Below are positions 41,201 through 50,190 of a stretch of DNA of 64,000 nt, one piece after another. Made by a program: the position numbers and the translations under genes. The stretch is from positions 17,617-81,616 of IMG/VR virus record IMGVR_UViG_3300042542_005279. The stretch is one strand, 5' to 3'. Source of the stretch: a virus. Positions within the stretch are counted from its first letter, which is position 1. Every line of letters starts with the position of its first letter. The notes beneath the pieces were generated by a model. That model was given only the letters and a program-made list of their open reading frames with translations, ran no database searches and was not told the DNA's origin.

Positions 41201-41775
41201 CTTACCGCTTTACCGTAATACCCTTTTAATGTTAAATAAAAAGAGGGATATGGTAGATTAAAAAATGCAGCATAAGGCGACTTATCTCCAAGTTCAAATA
41301 GCGCTCTTCCTCTAACGTCTTGTAACGTCATTGTAATTTTTGGTAAGAAGGAGGTATTAATGTTTAAGTTGATGTTTGTGATACCCAACAGTGAGGTTTC
41401 TATCACTCCCTTATCTACGGTATCGGATGCTGGCTCATAAAATCTAAAATTTTTTTGGGGTTGAGCATTCGCCTCAGGTACACTTGGTCCTGTAAATAAC
41501 TCAGTATATCTATTATTTAGATACTTTTGGTCACCTGGTTTTAAAAAATTAATTTTTGCAATTTCTACGGTCTTGATTTCACTTTGTTCAATACCCAAAC
41601 TTAATTTTGTTCTTGGTATTAATGAACACTCCAAATTAGCATACATTACCAAATCTTCATGGTTTACCAATCTATCTTTCGCTTTACCATCTTGGTCTAC
41701 AATTTTGTTTGGGTCAACAATTATGATGTTTTGGTAATCAAATTCAACAAAAATGTTTTCAGAATTATCTGCCAT
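35290..41775 (-). CDS. Giant baseplate hub protein (gp27/GpD-like hub fold split by large insertions; likely start 41775, MADNSEN)
   Basis: N-terminal LGITNINLNINTSFLPKITMTLQDVRG and C-proximal MMGNAMIQPMMYFNL...GSYMILGVNHTITPGNFTTQFEGVR match hub-protein motifs; follows the LysM/gp53-like gene. Confidence 0.7.
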   Translation of the reverse strand: MADNSENIFVEFDYQNIIIVDPNKIVDQDGKAKDRLVNHEDLVMYANLECSLIPRTKLSLGIEQSEIKTVEIAKINFLKPGDQKYLNNRYTELFTGPSVPEANAQPQKNFRFYEPASDTVDKGVIETSLLGITNINLNINTSFLPKITMTLQDVRGRALFELGDKSPYAAFFNLPYPSFYLTLKGYYGKAVRYQLMLQNFNARFDNNSGNFEITLTFLTYKFNVLSDVSMGYLLATPYMYPTTVLQKQNSQNPNTTNVPAIPKNYTLGYQKIREVYNEYKSKGIIADDLPEITVTQLQKRLDTFIKDTLKNWGQVNMEPLTNVETYQKNLQKLKTEVLYVEDSWVKQNLDSKNPLVLKGKDAQKVYLLKPVLRLAQQKEQEARVKLITIFQTYNKLLDENPTLGLKGSYTIGNKKENSEVNNNVRVPTPPQKEPGNLPDWISFNVTPEEVDFEKSYSLTYNKNPQAPENAADFAKYSADTTLTISLSQPPKEEPKPDQPPFYDKFYAFENKKNFLDKITQMEKSVNIKKNEITKKLGDELNKIIKEGSQGKSGLGFTPTIRNVLAVLFANGEAFLRLMDDCHREAWNKRDSDVRKKAILGAKVSSDSSNELVYPWPQLIKENEKDGIKTYDVTYPGDPDVVQETEGYLFDEWPEIEFVEELLGGLMKRDPSDSQFQPNDKEINTVNRLSLNPIEFPISNGIYQNKEEVKFFYEFWERMGSVSNFSRINRGKSENYSIDEIVSQTEATNMLNALGTENVFLIKKLKEYLITPQTIIPILKTISNLGEGESYQKFIRGYYSTPYITSYTNTDFKVFDNTIFEKFSSAEQNQLKIEKLQDLDNYIKSNEASKTDFMDTFPLTNNGWIKDYMAEGKFFTNLVNKTDKIITYNDNINTVANFDVEDTTTSTKRPVTYFSYVQNGEINTFDFPPINSTTLSNFYTQRNSPDVGAKRTQLPTEGSVFYSSYSGGLVSEQTTSMLNTPYFINAIQKGVFNYKTNRIYPYKEAAYLFINSLPIATLKEKYKSLSNNNVENLDYIFASFKKFGGVHKLPYPFILKYGSLWHRYKTKVQTGNDFLDGIWTDFDYLGNYDPSSSAATKTYAFTGEGETSETRITLQTSDTVGNLTATNMNVGFYPKLINDFSFFLNGYEIFTSTVTATTGPYAGFSVGYSDEDIQNGINSGFSITRTSYNIAQQGSDKQNPNRTILLNSYSTFVRNNDDTSFFTLPSVGNNFNQSFNECFKNLSNNTASPEKIIEPTDNKSLFNGSVRTFWMSPNYGWFDSSQIQKPEYNQYLKKIYNDIESQDNFTLTKTSEYAYFDEITSGFKKEILDEMERIFLNFSLSRYDFQPIDFSQLPSSGVTDTVFITQNFHKMFTEMMRITIDKKGLSISELQKEQYKVIKPIIQSFMEYDILFKYGNPGEYDKQLFLSFTNSSTKKFGVDSVVDPIKPLPYSNYTPNALPNKNFTKPLSAVTAQYPNVWNSLLLNVGFSQAEGMKYTDTGSTIFDFFIDNNIEFSVENVETLAPLIKIYASQKANDSSYNKNKFYSDILNLVNKNNKFQDLVLISTFSKLQKNLQNVSFTPQSNLSSQLIGAQGKVDIWESLKSTNDRWIAGYDLKYKTIFEDLMLIDRASRDIGDKVLVDIFGLNNLLTTINATSNLLYYIQSVLQMNNFQVMALPAFVNFYNVQDPIKNAIPKVENSLEFANDMFGTHPNVDYRNSGPKMVCFYAGKPSEHPQINKPEYAYQDDGIYFQKLDRNTLIDNLVNKNDWGKSNRVVGFTVDMGLQNQNVFTNISVSQDNGKPTSETLQQLNDMANQAGNRKTSTQNVSLYNLYKTRSYGCTIQMMGNAMIQPMMYFNLRHVPMFAGSYMILGVNHTITPGNFTTQFEGVRQSIFSLPDVDSYIQGVLTNLVNTVFSQVKQPNSASEGNSTPSQNTAQEKQNQQDAAKNPQPSSADLCKTNPIFDKFQPITAPQNVTLSFKETIDLLTGYTSSMSAIDNRVKTKINYTMWCLMWINNRTSTGFEGYESNFVNLRLDLKVNKVEIQYGPRNSLLTESYFCGTLPSSDKEMAFATFGSPNDFIKFGIEYFKAKVDTKLLSKGEIKDIQGKINNLDKLSEEMDRLLFTSWPIEDNTTNYEKEIFPTQQCKDRIKNIKSAIQQAQILGL

Positions 41776-42088
41776 AGTAATAAAAATGAGTTTCAAGTGC
41801 GTTATTGTAATCCTGTAAAGACGATAGTAGAGGGAAAGGAACTGTTAAAATAGACCCGTCAGGTATAAGAAATTCATTACCTCCAAACTCAGGATTTGCC
41901 GCCATGATTAACCAACCAAAAAATGGGCTGTTATAATATTGTTGAGATACTTTATCTAACCTAGACATACCGACTTTATAGATATATTTCTTATCTGTTG
42001 TTTTTATTGGTACTTTAATAAAAGGAACAACCGTTTGATTACCGTTAATCAAAAAACCATCGTATCTATTATAATATTGTAAAGCCAT
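41765..42088 (-). CDS. LysM-like baseplate protein (T4 gp53 / P2 gpX-like)
   Basis: RLDKVSQQYYNSPFFGWLIMAANP...IPDGSILTVP. Confidence 0.85.
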   Translation of the reverse strand: MALQYYNRYDGFLINGNQTVVPFIKVPIKTTDKKYIYKVGMSRLDKVSQQYYNSPFFGWLIMAANPEFGGNEFLIPDGSILTVPFPLLSSLQDYNNALETHFYYYGR

Positions 42089-45000
42089 TTATAATATTTT
42101 TCCATTAAATTTAGCTCCTTGGGAAGGAACTGATTTATATAAATTAAGTAATTTTTCTTTAACTTCATCAGCATTAGGTACATTACTTGTAAAATTAACC
42201 TTTCTGTCATTTGATAAACTGCTTAGTTTGAAATTACCATAGGTCTTAAATTTTCTAGGTAGATTACTTCCTCCGAAAAAATTTGTTGGTATTTTATCTA
42301 AATTATTTTTTGCCTGTCTATATCTATCATAAAAACTTTTACCGAATACCAAGTTGAAGGCGTCTCCAAAATCCAAACCTAAAATATCATTTAAGAATTT
42401 TTTAGGTTTTTTCGGATTATCTACCTCAATACCACCAATCATATTATTTGGAAAAACAAAATCACTAAATTCTTGCAATTTGTTTTTATCAGTGAATGTT
42501 TGAGAAATAATCATGAAGAAATCAGATTCTACATCGGGGTCGGGTATATTATTGTCTGGTACTAGTAAGAAATTATTACTTGGGGTAATTATTTTGTTAT
42601 CTCCTAAACTAACTATAAATTCATCTAAATCTACCGCTACTTTTTCTAAATCCGATTTTATATCAAACATAGAATTTCCAGACAGTTGGTATGGTAAAGC
42701 AGACCCATCGGTTTTTATTTGCCCATCATTTTCACCATAAACTAAATTCATCTTATCAATAAAATTTATAACTTTTTGTTGTTGTTCATAAAGAGGTAAA
42801 AGTTGTTGTGTAATTCCCGCAACAAAATTAGATTTTATTTTTTGATTTATAAAATCAATCATTTTTGATTTTAATTGTTTGATAACAGGTTCCTTAAACC
42901 CTTTTTCTACAAATTTAGCAACCAAAACATTTGTTTCTTTATTTATTTGATTTATCACAAAATTAAATCTATCGTCAAATGTTTTATCTAAATTTTTTGG
43001 TTTGCCATAGATTTCTGTAGTACCTGTATTAGGAAATTCACCTTCTTTATATTCCCTTTCTTTATCAGTATATTGCCAAACATAGAAATTGTAATTTTTA
43101 GTTATCGCCTCACAAGTACTATTTACAGATTTAAAATAAACTTCTAACTCATCGAAAAATTCTTTCATGACTTTCCTATAACTTATTTTACCCGTAAAAA
43201 ACTCCCCATCATATGAAGTAGATAATATTTCTCCGATTGTAGAACCACCAGGATTTTGTATTTTATTTTGAGGTTGTGGTGGTGGTACTTCTTTATCCAA
43301 TAATCCTTTTTCAACAATTGCGTCTAACTTACTAACATCTTCAGTTGCCACCGCTCTTTCATCGTATATTTCAGTATTTGCATAGTAATTGAAAGATAAT
43401 GCGTTTTGTAAATCTTCTACAGGTCTTGCAAGACCACTTCCTCCAATAAAATCAAACGAAAGGGTGACATTTGCAATCATAGGTTGAATTCCTATACCTT
43501 CTCTATTCATATCTAATATTAGAGGTTCATAACTAAATTGGAGGTTTCTTGGTATTATTTTGGTATTATAAAAATCACCAATTCTTAAAACTAAAACTGG
43601 CGGTCGTCCAAATGCCGTATTTACCGCATCGTTATAAACAGGTCTTCCATCTGCACCAATAGTGGGTATAGTATCTCCCGGTCTCAAACACTGATTCAAA
43701 AATGTGATTCTTGAATTCAACCCTTCAGGTGTTGTGGAATGAAATGTTGGTTCAAAAAATTTAAGTTTTTGTTTTAAAGACCTATAAAGAAAAGGGCTAG
43801 TCTCTTCAATTGCTTGAAAATAATTACACTCGCTCAATAATAATCTTAGTATTTTTTTACTGAGCCCTTGTTGTCTAATTGTTTCAAAAACGGGTTCACT
43901 AACCTGTGAACCTTTATTTGGTAAAATTTTAAGTTTGTTTGTTTCAGGTACATTACTAGGTGGTAGTGTAACTTCAACAGTTGTTTGTACCTCTATAGGG
44001 TCCTCAAGTGTCGTAGTAATATCTGAAATAAAAACACTTCTACATGACATAGAAGGTAATAAGTAAATTGAATTAGGTCCTGTAATTGTATTACCATTTA
44101 TAACTGGATTACTGGTACATGCTGCAACGGTTCTGAATGAAGAATTCCCTTTAGGTGACACCTCGGTTGCAGTTTCCCCTAATGCTTCGTCATTTATTGT
44201 TATTTTTGGTAAAAAATCCTTCAAAGAAATTTTAGTATCACCACTTGATATTTCATAAGTTTCTAAAAGTTTTTTTACTGATTTAATTCTTCTTAATGCC
44301 AATTTATTGTTATAATCTACGCTAGCACTTGCCGACGCACAACCTTTTATGTTGATTGTCATATTTTTTATTTGCTTTCTATTGAAGAAATCATATATCT
44401 TCAATATAAATCCATCGTTAGAATTTGTAATTTTTTCGTAATTGTTTATGATGATGTCATCAAAAAATTGACCGACACTATTTTTATCCGGCTCTATAGT
44501 TTTTTGAACGTATGTAGATTTTTTTGCAATATAAGCTTCGTAATATGATTGAAAACTAGATGGTTCTGTTTCTTTTGGGGTGTCATTATCAAAATAAAAA
44601 CCATACCCTAAAAACTCGTCTTTTGGAAATGCGGTTGGCGTTATAGTGTCTGTTTTCGTTTGTGTTACTACGTTTGGGCCAGGTTCTGATTCTGTTGGAT
44701 TTGTTGCGATACTATTAGTAATGTTTATCGCTTCTGCGGGTGTTGCATTCGATAAAATTTCTTGAATATACTGTAAATCATTTAATGAAACATTACTGAA
44801 TCTTGTTGCAAAATCATATAAATCATATGTTTGACATCCCGCAAAAAACGATTCAATTACTTTATCAGCATTTGAATCCAATTCATTTGTCAAAATTTTA
44901 TCAACAATTAAATTTAATACGGACGGGTGGTCAACTACAATCTTCCAACTCAAAGTACCGTTTCTTGAAGTACTTCTATATGTGTACACAGGCTCAGGTC

Positions 45001-46699
45001 TTCCAAGAAAGGTAGTGTCTTGCCAATTCGCTGTTGAGTTATCATTGAATTTTAAGTCGTAAGGTGGAAACCACATTATTCTACCCCCATTTGGTCCTCT
45101 TTCACATAATGGTAAATCTTGAACATTGAATCCTGGTTTTTTTGAATCTTTCCATGCCAAGTTTTCAATAGAAAACATATATTTTTTAACGTTTCCCTCT
45201 CCTAACCATGATGGTGTAGGTCCGTTTTCAACAACTTTTGTTGGATAAATGTTCAAATTATAAGTGTTATCCAAAACAGAGTATGAAAATCTTCTACCGA
45301 AATTTGTAATGCCATCAGATTTTTGTAACCTATCATATGTTGCGTAAGGTGAATCTTTGGTAAAAATTCTACAGTATTCTGTTCCAACTTCGGCTTTACC
45401 ATTTACATAAGTTACTTTTTGAACTTTAGAACCTTTTGTTATATTTCTATATCCATCATTGAATATTCTACTTACTTGGTTTATCGCGTTTCCGACATGT
45501 TTAAATCTTGCCTCACCTTGTAATCTATCCGCAGCATCAATTAATCTTTGTGTATCATCTAAAATTGAACCCGGTTTGAAGTTAATTGATGTAGAATAAA
45601 ATGAACTATTTCCTGCTTTGTACTTTGGCGAAACCCAAATTAAATCACTTTCTATATTTCCTTGGTCAATAAGGGCACTTGACCTAAGACCAAAATTAAT
45701 ACGACTTTCATTTCCTTCGTAATCTTTACCCAACACATCAGGACCCAATACTATTGCTTGAGTATCTCTACCATAGTTATCAATAGGTGTTTGATTAATT
45801 GGTGATGTAGCAAAACTTGGTTCAGATGTGATTGAACCAACATAATAAGCACCTGGTAGTTGTAATCCAAAATTATCTAATATGTTATTAACACCAGTGG
45901 TTAAAATATTTCCTAACAATCCTGATGCAGTACTATCACCATAAGCGGGTCTGAAAATGTTGTAAGAAAGGTTTGCGAACATCAAACCTTTTTGACCATC
46001 GTTTGTATTTTCTAAAAATATTTGTGAAGGAGTAATCGCCCTTGTTAAAGAACCATTAAATATACCACCGACAGTTGTACTTCTACCGGCAACAAGATTA
46101 ATTACTTCACCTAAAGTATCGGTTGTTCTTTTATTTAAACCGTCTAAAAAGTAATCACCTGGTATTGGTGATGCTGGTACATATGTTCCTGCTAACTTAC
46201 TTATGAACGTATCATTAACATCAGGAGTTGTGATTTTGAAACTTACTGAATTATCGTTTTGTAAAGATTGGTCTATGAAAAAGGCATCGGTTTCTAATAA
46301 AGATTTTTTCAGAACTTGAGCACCTATTTTTGCCAAATAAGAGTCATTACTTAAAGGTCCTTTATTACCAACAGGGTTTGGACTTGTAAATATACTGTAA
46401 GCTAAATAAGTTGATGGAACAATTAATTGGTCAGGAGTTTTATTTCTGAATACTACCGGTAATCCCAAACCATCTATTGAGAATAGGACCTCTGTTGCCG
46501 CCAAATCAGGTACTGATTGTTGGTAAATAACAGTTCCTTGTGGTTCTGAATTTATACCAGCAATATTATAAGGGACCAAATTTTTTATTATTAGTTCTTC
46601 TCTGAACACTTGAGAGGACTGATAAGATAATGGACTATCTGTACTTGGTGTTGACTTATTAGTGTCTTGAGCCTTTTTGAGTAATGATGGTGTTGCCAT
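42089..46699 (-). CDS. Large tail-tube-initiator/baseplate protein with an inserted OmpA C-terminal-like domain
   Basis: Tube-like segments (FPPYDLKFNDNSTANW...FLGRPEPVYTYRSTSR; PPVLVLRIGDFYNTKII...PMIANVTLSFDFIG) flank GFYFDND...IKGCAS...YNNKLALRRIKSV...ALGE; sits between tape measure and gp53-like gene. Confidence 0.65.
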   Translation of the reverse strand: MATPSLLKKAQDTNKSTPSTDSPLSYQSSQVFREELIIKNLVPYNIAGINSEPQGTVIYQQSVPDLAATEVLFSIDGLGLPVVFRNKTPDQLIVPSTYLAYSIFTSPNPVGNKGPLSNDSYLAKIGAQVLKKSLLETDAFFIDQSLQNDNSVSFKITTPDVNDTFISKLAGTYVPASPIPGDYFLDGLNKRTTDTLGEVINLVAGRSTTVGGIFNGSLTRAITPSQIFLENTNDGQKGLMFANLSYNIFRPAYGDSTASGLLGNILTTGVNNILDNFGLQLPGAYYVGSITSEPSFATSPINQTPIDNYGRDTQAIVLGPDVLGKDYEGNESRINFGLRSSALIDQGNIESDLIWVSPKYKAGNSSFYSTSINFKPGSILDDTQRLIDAADRLQGEARFKHVGNAINQVSRIFNDGYRNITKGSKVQKVTYVNGKAEVGTEYCRIFTKDSPYATYDRLQKSDGITNFGRRFSYSVLDNTYNLNIYPTKVVENGPTPSWLGEGNVKKYMFSIENLAWKDSKKPGFNVQDLPLCERGPNGGRIMWFPPYDLKFNDNSTANWQDTTFLGRPEPVYTYRSTSRNGTLSWKIVVDHPSVLNLIVDKILTNELDSNADKVIESFFAGCQTYDLYDFATRFSNVSLNDLQYIQEILSNATPAEAINITNSIATNPTESEPGPNVVTQTKTDTITPTAFPKDEFLGYGFYFDNDTPKETEPSSFQSYYEAYIAKKSTYVQKTIEPDKNSVGQFFDDIIINNYEKITNSNDGFILKIYDFFNRKQIKNMTINIKGCASASASVDYNNKLALRRIKSVKKLLETYEISSGDTKISLKDFLPKITINDEALGETATEVSPKGNSSFRTVAACTSNPVINGNTITGPNSIYLLPSMSCRSVFISDITTTLEDPIEVQTTVEVTLPPSNVPETNKLKILPNKGSQVSEPVFETIRQQGLSKKILRLLLSECNYFQAIEETSPFLYRSLKQKLKFFEPTFHSTTPEGLNSRITFLNQCLRPGDTIPTIGADGRPVYNDAVNTAFGRPPVLVLRIGDFYNTKIIPRNLQFSYEPLILDMNREGIGIQPMIANVTLSFDFIGGSGLARPVEDLQNALSFNYYANTEIYDERAVATEDVSKLDAIVEKGLLDKEVPPPQPQNKIQNPGGSTIGEILSTSYDGEFFTGKISYRKVMKEFFDELEVYFKSVNSTCEAITKNYNFYVWQYTDKEREYKEGEFPNTGTTEIYGKPKNLDKTFDDRFNFVINQINKETNVLVAKFVEKGFKEPVIKQLKSKMIDFINQKIKSNFVAGITQQLLPLYEQQQKVINFIDKMNLVYGENDGQIKTDGSALPYQLSGNSMFDIKSDLEKVAVDLDEFIVSLGDNKIITPSNNFLLVPDNNIPDPDVESDFFMIISQTFTDKNKLQEFSDFVFPNNMIGGIEVDNPKKPKKFLNDILGLDFGDAFNLVFGKSFYDRYRQAKNNLDKIPTNFFGGSNLPRKFKTYGNFKLSSLSNDRKVNFTSNVPNADEVKEKLLNLYKSVPSQGAKFNGKIL

Positions 46700-46746
46700 T
46701 CAACTTTTTTTTAATAAATAGATAAAAAGTCAAAATTTTTAAAAAA

Positions 46747-49700
46747 CTATACAGGTATTCCTGTTGTTGGATTATACTGTCCTACACGTCCTCCTGTCAC
46801 GTTTTTCATAATAGATTCTTGAACATTCATATTGTGTAATGTTTTATGAATAGCATCTTTTACCATATTTGGGTCAACTCCAGGAGGTGCTGTTACATCA
46901 ACTGTCAATTTCAATTCACCTGAATAACTCATAGATGACGTGGTATTAGTCGCCATTTGAGGCATATTTTCAGTCAAATTATTGTTAGTTGTATTAGATA
47001 TGTTTGTAATGTTTGGTGTTTGTATACTCGTAGGTTGAGGTATTTGTAAAGTCGGTATTTTGAATTCTGTATTTGTTGGAGTCGTTGTCTGTGTTGGCGT
47101 GTTTTTATTTTGTTCTGCAATTGCAATCATATTTTCGATTGCCGTTGATAATCTTGAATCGTAATCCAAAAACTGTTTATCTTTATTTTCAAATTTACTT
47201 AACATCAAACCAAATTTTTCATCTTGTTTATCAAGAAGAGATGATAAATTATCAAATTTTGGCACTTCGAAGGTTGGTATTTCTATTTTAGGAAATGATA
47301 AATTTTCAGTATTGTTTGTAACAAATTTGTTATCATTATTATAATTTGTATTATTTGTCGCTAAATTTTTATTGTCATTGGTTATATTTGTTACAGGACT
47401 GTTATTACTTTTATCTACATTAGTTAACTCTTGCGTATTGTTTGTTATGTTATTGTTCACCATAGAACCTATCGGAGGAGTAATAGTTTTATCCTGATTA
47501 ATTTTCTTATCTAAATCACGAATTGATAAAGTCAAATCCGAAATTGAGTTATTCGTCATTAATCCTTTGTTCATAGATTCAAGTCTTTGTTCGAATAAAG
47601 TAAATTGTTTTTCCTGATTTGTAATTAATGAAGTTAAGTCCGAATTGGGCATAAATTCTACTTTAGGGAGTTCAAATTTTATTGGTGATGTTTCAGTGTT
47701 ATTTGTAACGAATTCATTATTATTTTTTACATTTGAATTATTTGTTGTCTGATTTCTGTTATCGTTATTGATATTGGTAACCGGACTATTAACACTTTGG
47801 TCAATATTATTTTTAATTTCTGTAGGATTTTGATTATTTTGCGAAACTAATTTGGATGGGTCTATTATAACTTCATTAGTTATATTTTTATTTTCTTTAT
47901 TTTGAGCTATAGTTTCATTAAACGATGACATTTTAGATAAATGACTAATCAAGGTCTGATTATTGTTACTCAAATTAGTATTTAAAGTTTTCAATTCTGA
48001 AAAACTACCTTCATTTGCGGATAATTGTTTTTCTTGTAGTGTAGTTAGTGGGTTCAAATCCAAATTAAATGGTTGTACAGCCGCCATAGAATTTTGTAAC
48101 GCATCAGTTCCTTGTTGTATTTGACTAATTGTTTGATTAAGATTGTTAGTGGTATTTTGATTATTAGTTACACTATTATTATTTTGGTTATTTGTTGTAA
48201 CAACGCTTGATGAATTGACTGGTTGTTGAGTTTGAGTTGGTGTGTTTGTTGCGGTAGGTTGTGAATTTGAGTTTTGATTGTCTAAAATTGTTTGCATTAA
48301 ATTTTTAGTTCGGTCATTATAATCAGGTTGACTTGTTTTTATAGACTCCACACCTGTACTTTTTTCACCTACATTTGAATCTTTGGTTGCTTGGTCTATA
48401 GTTTTTATCAATCCCGGTCCAAATTCCTCGGCCATTTTTAATATTTTTGTACCTACATTTCCCGCTTTTGTTGCGGCATCTTTCAGTATGTCATCAATAC
48501 CCTTTCCTTTTTCCTCTAGTAGTTTTTTCTCTTGTTCATCTATACTACCATCGTTTTCATATGCGGTTTTATATTGTTCGGCAAGGTCTCTTAGTTGTAC
48601 AATACCTTTATCGAAGAGTTCCCTTCCTTCTTCAGTTTTAACATCTTTACTCAAACTCAAAAATTTCGAAATTTGTTCATTAAGAAATTCAGTTCCTTTA
48701 TTTGCCAATCTTGATGTCGATAATGTTCCTCTAGCGGTTGAGGCCATCGCCTCAACGGCATTTGCGATTCTCTTATCGTAACCCATAGACTCGGCAGCAA
48801 TTTCTTCAAGTGATTTTGCGGATTGTTGTTGTTGATATTCCAAACTTTTGAAGTCCTCAGAAGTTAATTCAGAAACCTTTTTCTCAACCTTTTCACCCGT
48901 CGTATATCTTTCCCCTGTTTCCTTATCGACTCTTGTTTGTTCAAACTGTATTTTATAACTACCATCTCTCATTTCTGCAAGATTAGCAATCATTGTTTGT
49001 TGTTTCTCAGTTAAAGGTCCTGTTTCCAGTTCAGGAAAACGTATTTTACTCATTTTGTCGGCTAGTGTACTACTACCTATTGCCATTTTTGCAAGTTCGT
49101 CGGCATTAAGTCCTACTACCTTTCCTATTTCTCTTAGTTCTCTTTTAGCACCAGGTAAGATTTCAAATTTTTGGTTTTGTTCATTGAAGTAAGTAAATCT
49201 CTTACTCATTTCAACAATTTGATTTTGCAATTCCTGTGGATTATTTTGACCTAAATCCATCAGTTTGAGTGGGTCCAATAAGTCACCTGTGGCAACACCT
49301 AATCTTTGGAGAGATGCCGCCATATCAACCGCTTGTTCAGGGTCAAATAATTGTTCGGCCTTAGCAAATATTTTACCCATATCAATTCCAAACATGGTTG
49401 CTTGGGCTGCCATTTTTGTTAACCCATCAACTCCATTTGCAAAATTATATGTGTTTAATTTATCTAAATTTTTAACAACACTTTCAGAGACCGCATTTGC
49501 ATTCACACCCAATTCCCTTGCAGTGTGAATAACCTTCTCCATAGTTTTGGGTATTGCTTGTAAAGCAAATCCCTGTTCTTTGAAATTTTCTAATAGTACT
49601 TTTGATTGTACTCCTGAGGCTTCTTGTGCAGTTAATATACCCGCCAACTCATTTCCTGTTGCCATATAAGCTCTACCTGTCGCTTCTATAGTTTCTCTCT

Positions 49701-49998
49701 GTAAGTCGCCTGATTTGGCAATCGCTTCTTCTAAACTACTTACATCTTTACTTACTAATAATATTTTTTGGCCTGCGTCTGTAAAATTAGTACCCAATAC
49801 CGCAGTTAAATTTGCAGAACCTCCTAACTCTTTATTGAGTGACTGTACCGCAGTTCCAATGGTTGAGAGAGTAGTTCCAACATCAAAAGTTTCTTTTGCG
49901 GTTCCTTTTAAACTTTCCTTTGTTTGGTCTAATAAGGATTTAGTGTAACTTTTGTTGTTACCATCATCTTTCTCATTTTTGGTGTTGTCATCTAACAT
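46747..49998 (-). CDS. Tape measure protein
   Basis: 1083 aa, helical Ala/Leu/Lys/Glu-rich N-terminal half, directly downstream of tube and chaperone genes; Asn/Thr-rich repeats in the C-terminal half. Confidence 0.75.
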   Translation of the reverse strand: MLDDNTKNEKDDGNNKSYTKSLLDQTKESLKGTAKETFDVGTTLSTIGTAVQSLNKELGGSANLTAVLGTNFTDAGQKILLVSKDVSSLEEAIAKSGDLQRETIEATGRAYMATGNELAGILTAQEASGVQSKVLLENFKEQGFALQAIPKTMEKVIHTARELGVNANAVSESVVKNLDKLNTYNFANGVDGLTKMAAQATMFGIDMGKIFAKAEQLFDPEQAVDMAASLQRLGVATGDLLDPLKLMDLGQNNPQELQNQIVEMSKRFTYFNEQNQKFEILPGAKRELREIGKVVGLNADELAKMAIGSSTLADKMSKIRFPELETGPLTEKQQTMIANLAEMRDGSYKIQFEQTRVDKETGERYTTGEKVEKKVSELTSEDFKSLEYQQQQSAKSLEEIAAESMGYDKRIANAVEAMASTARGTLSTSRLANKGTEFLNEQISKFLSLSKDVKTEEGRELFDKGIVQLRDLAEQYKTAYENDGSIDEQEKKLLEEKGKGIDDILKDAATKAGNVGTKILKMAEEFGPGLIKTIDQATKDSNVGEKSTGVESIKTSQPDYNDRTKNLMQTILDNQNSNSQPTATNTPTQTQQPVNSSSVVTTNNQNNNSVTNNQNTTNNLNQTISQIQQGTDALQNSMAAVQPFNLDLNPLTTLQEKQLSANEGSFSELKTLNTNLSNNNQTLISHLSKMSSFNETIAQNKENKNITNEVIIDPSKLVSQNNQNPTEIKNNIDQSVNSPVTNINNDNRNQTTNNSNVKNNNEFVTNNTETSPIKFELPKVEFMPNSDLTSLITNQEKQFTLFEQRLESMNKGLMTNNSISDLTLSIRDLDKKINQDKTITPPIGSMVNNNITNNTQELTNVDKSNNSPVTNITNDNKNLATNNTNYNNDNKFVTNNTENLSFPKIEIPTFEVPKFDNLSSLLDKQDEKFGLMLSKFENKDKQFLDYDSRLSTAIENMIAIAEQNKNTPTQTTTPTNTEFKIPTLQIPQPTSIQTPNITNISNTTNNNLTENMPQMATNTTSSMSYSGELKLTVDVTAPPGVDPNMVKDAIHKTLHNMNVQESIMKNVTGGRVGQYNPTTGIPV

Positions 49999-50029
49999 GA
50001 AATAATTTTAATTATAAATACCAAAAATT

Positions 50030-50190
50030 TTAATTTTTTGGCGTATTTTCTTCTATCAACTTATTTATCATATATTTTCTAAGATAAGTTGGTAACTGTA
50101 AAAAATCCGTATAGGAAATGTTAAGATGTTTTGTACAATAATAATATTCGTCAGAAAGTATTTTTCTATAATCAATAGAAAGGCCGAAAA
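50030..50190 (-). CDS. Frameshifted C-terminal extension of the tail assembly chaperone (gpGT-like)
   Basis: +1-frame ORF (FFGLSIDYRKILSDEYYYCTKHLNISYTDFLQLPTYLRKYMI) overlapping the chaperone end at GAG TTT TTT CGG; no convincing independent start. Confidence 0.7.
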
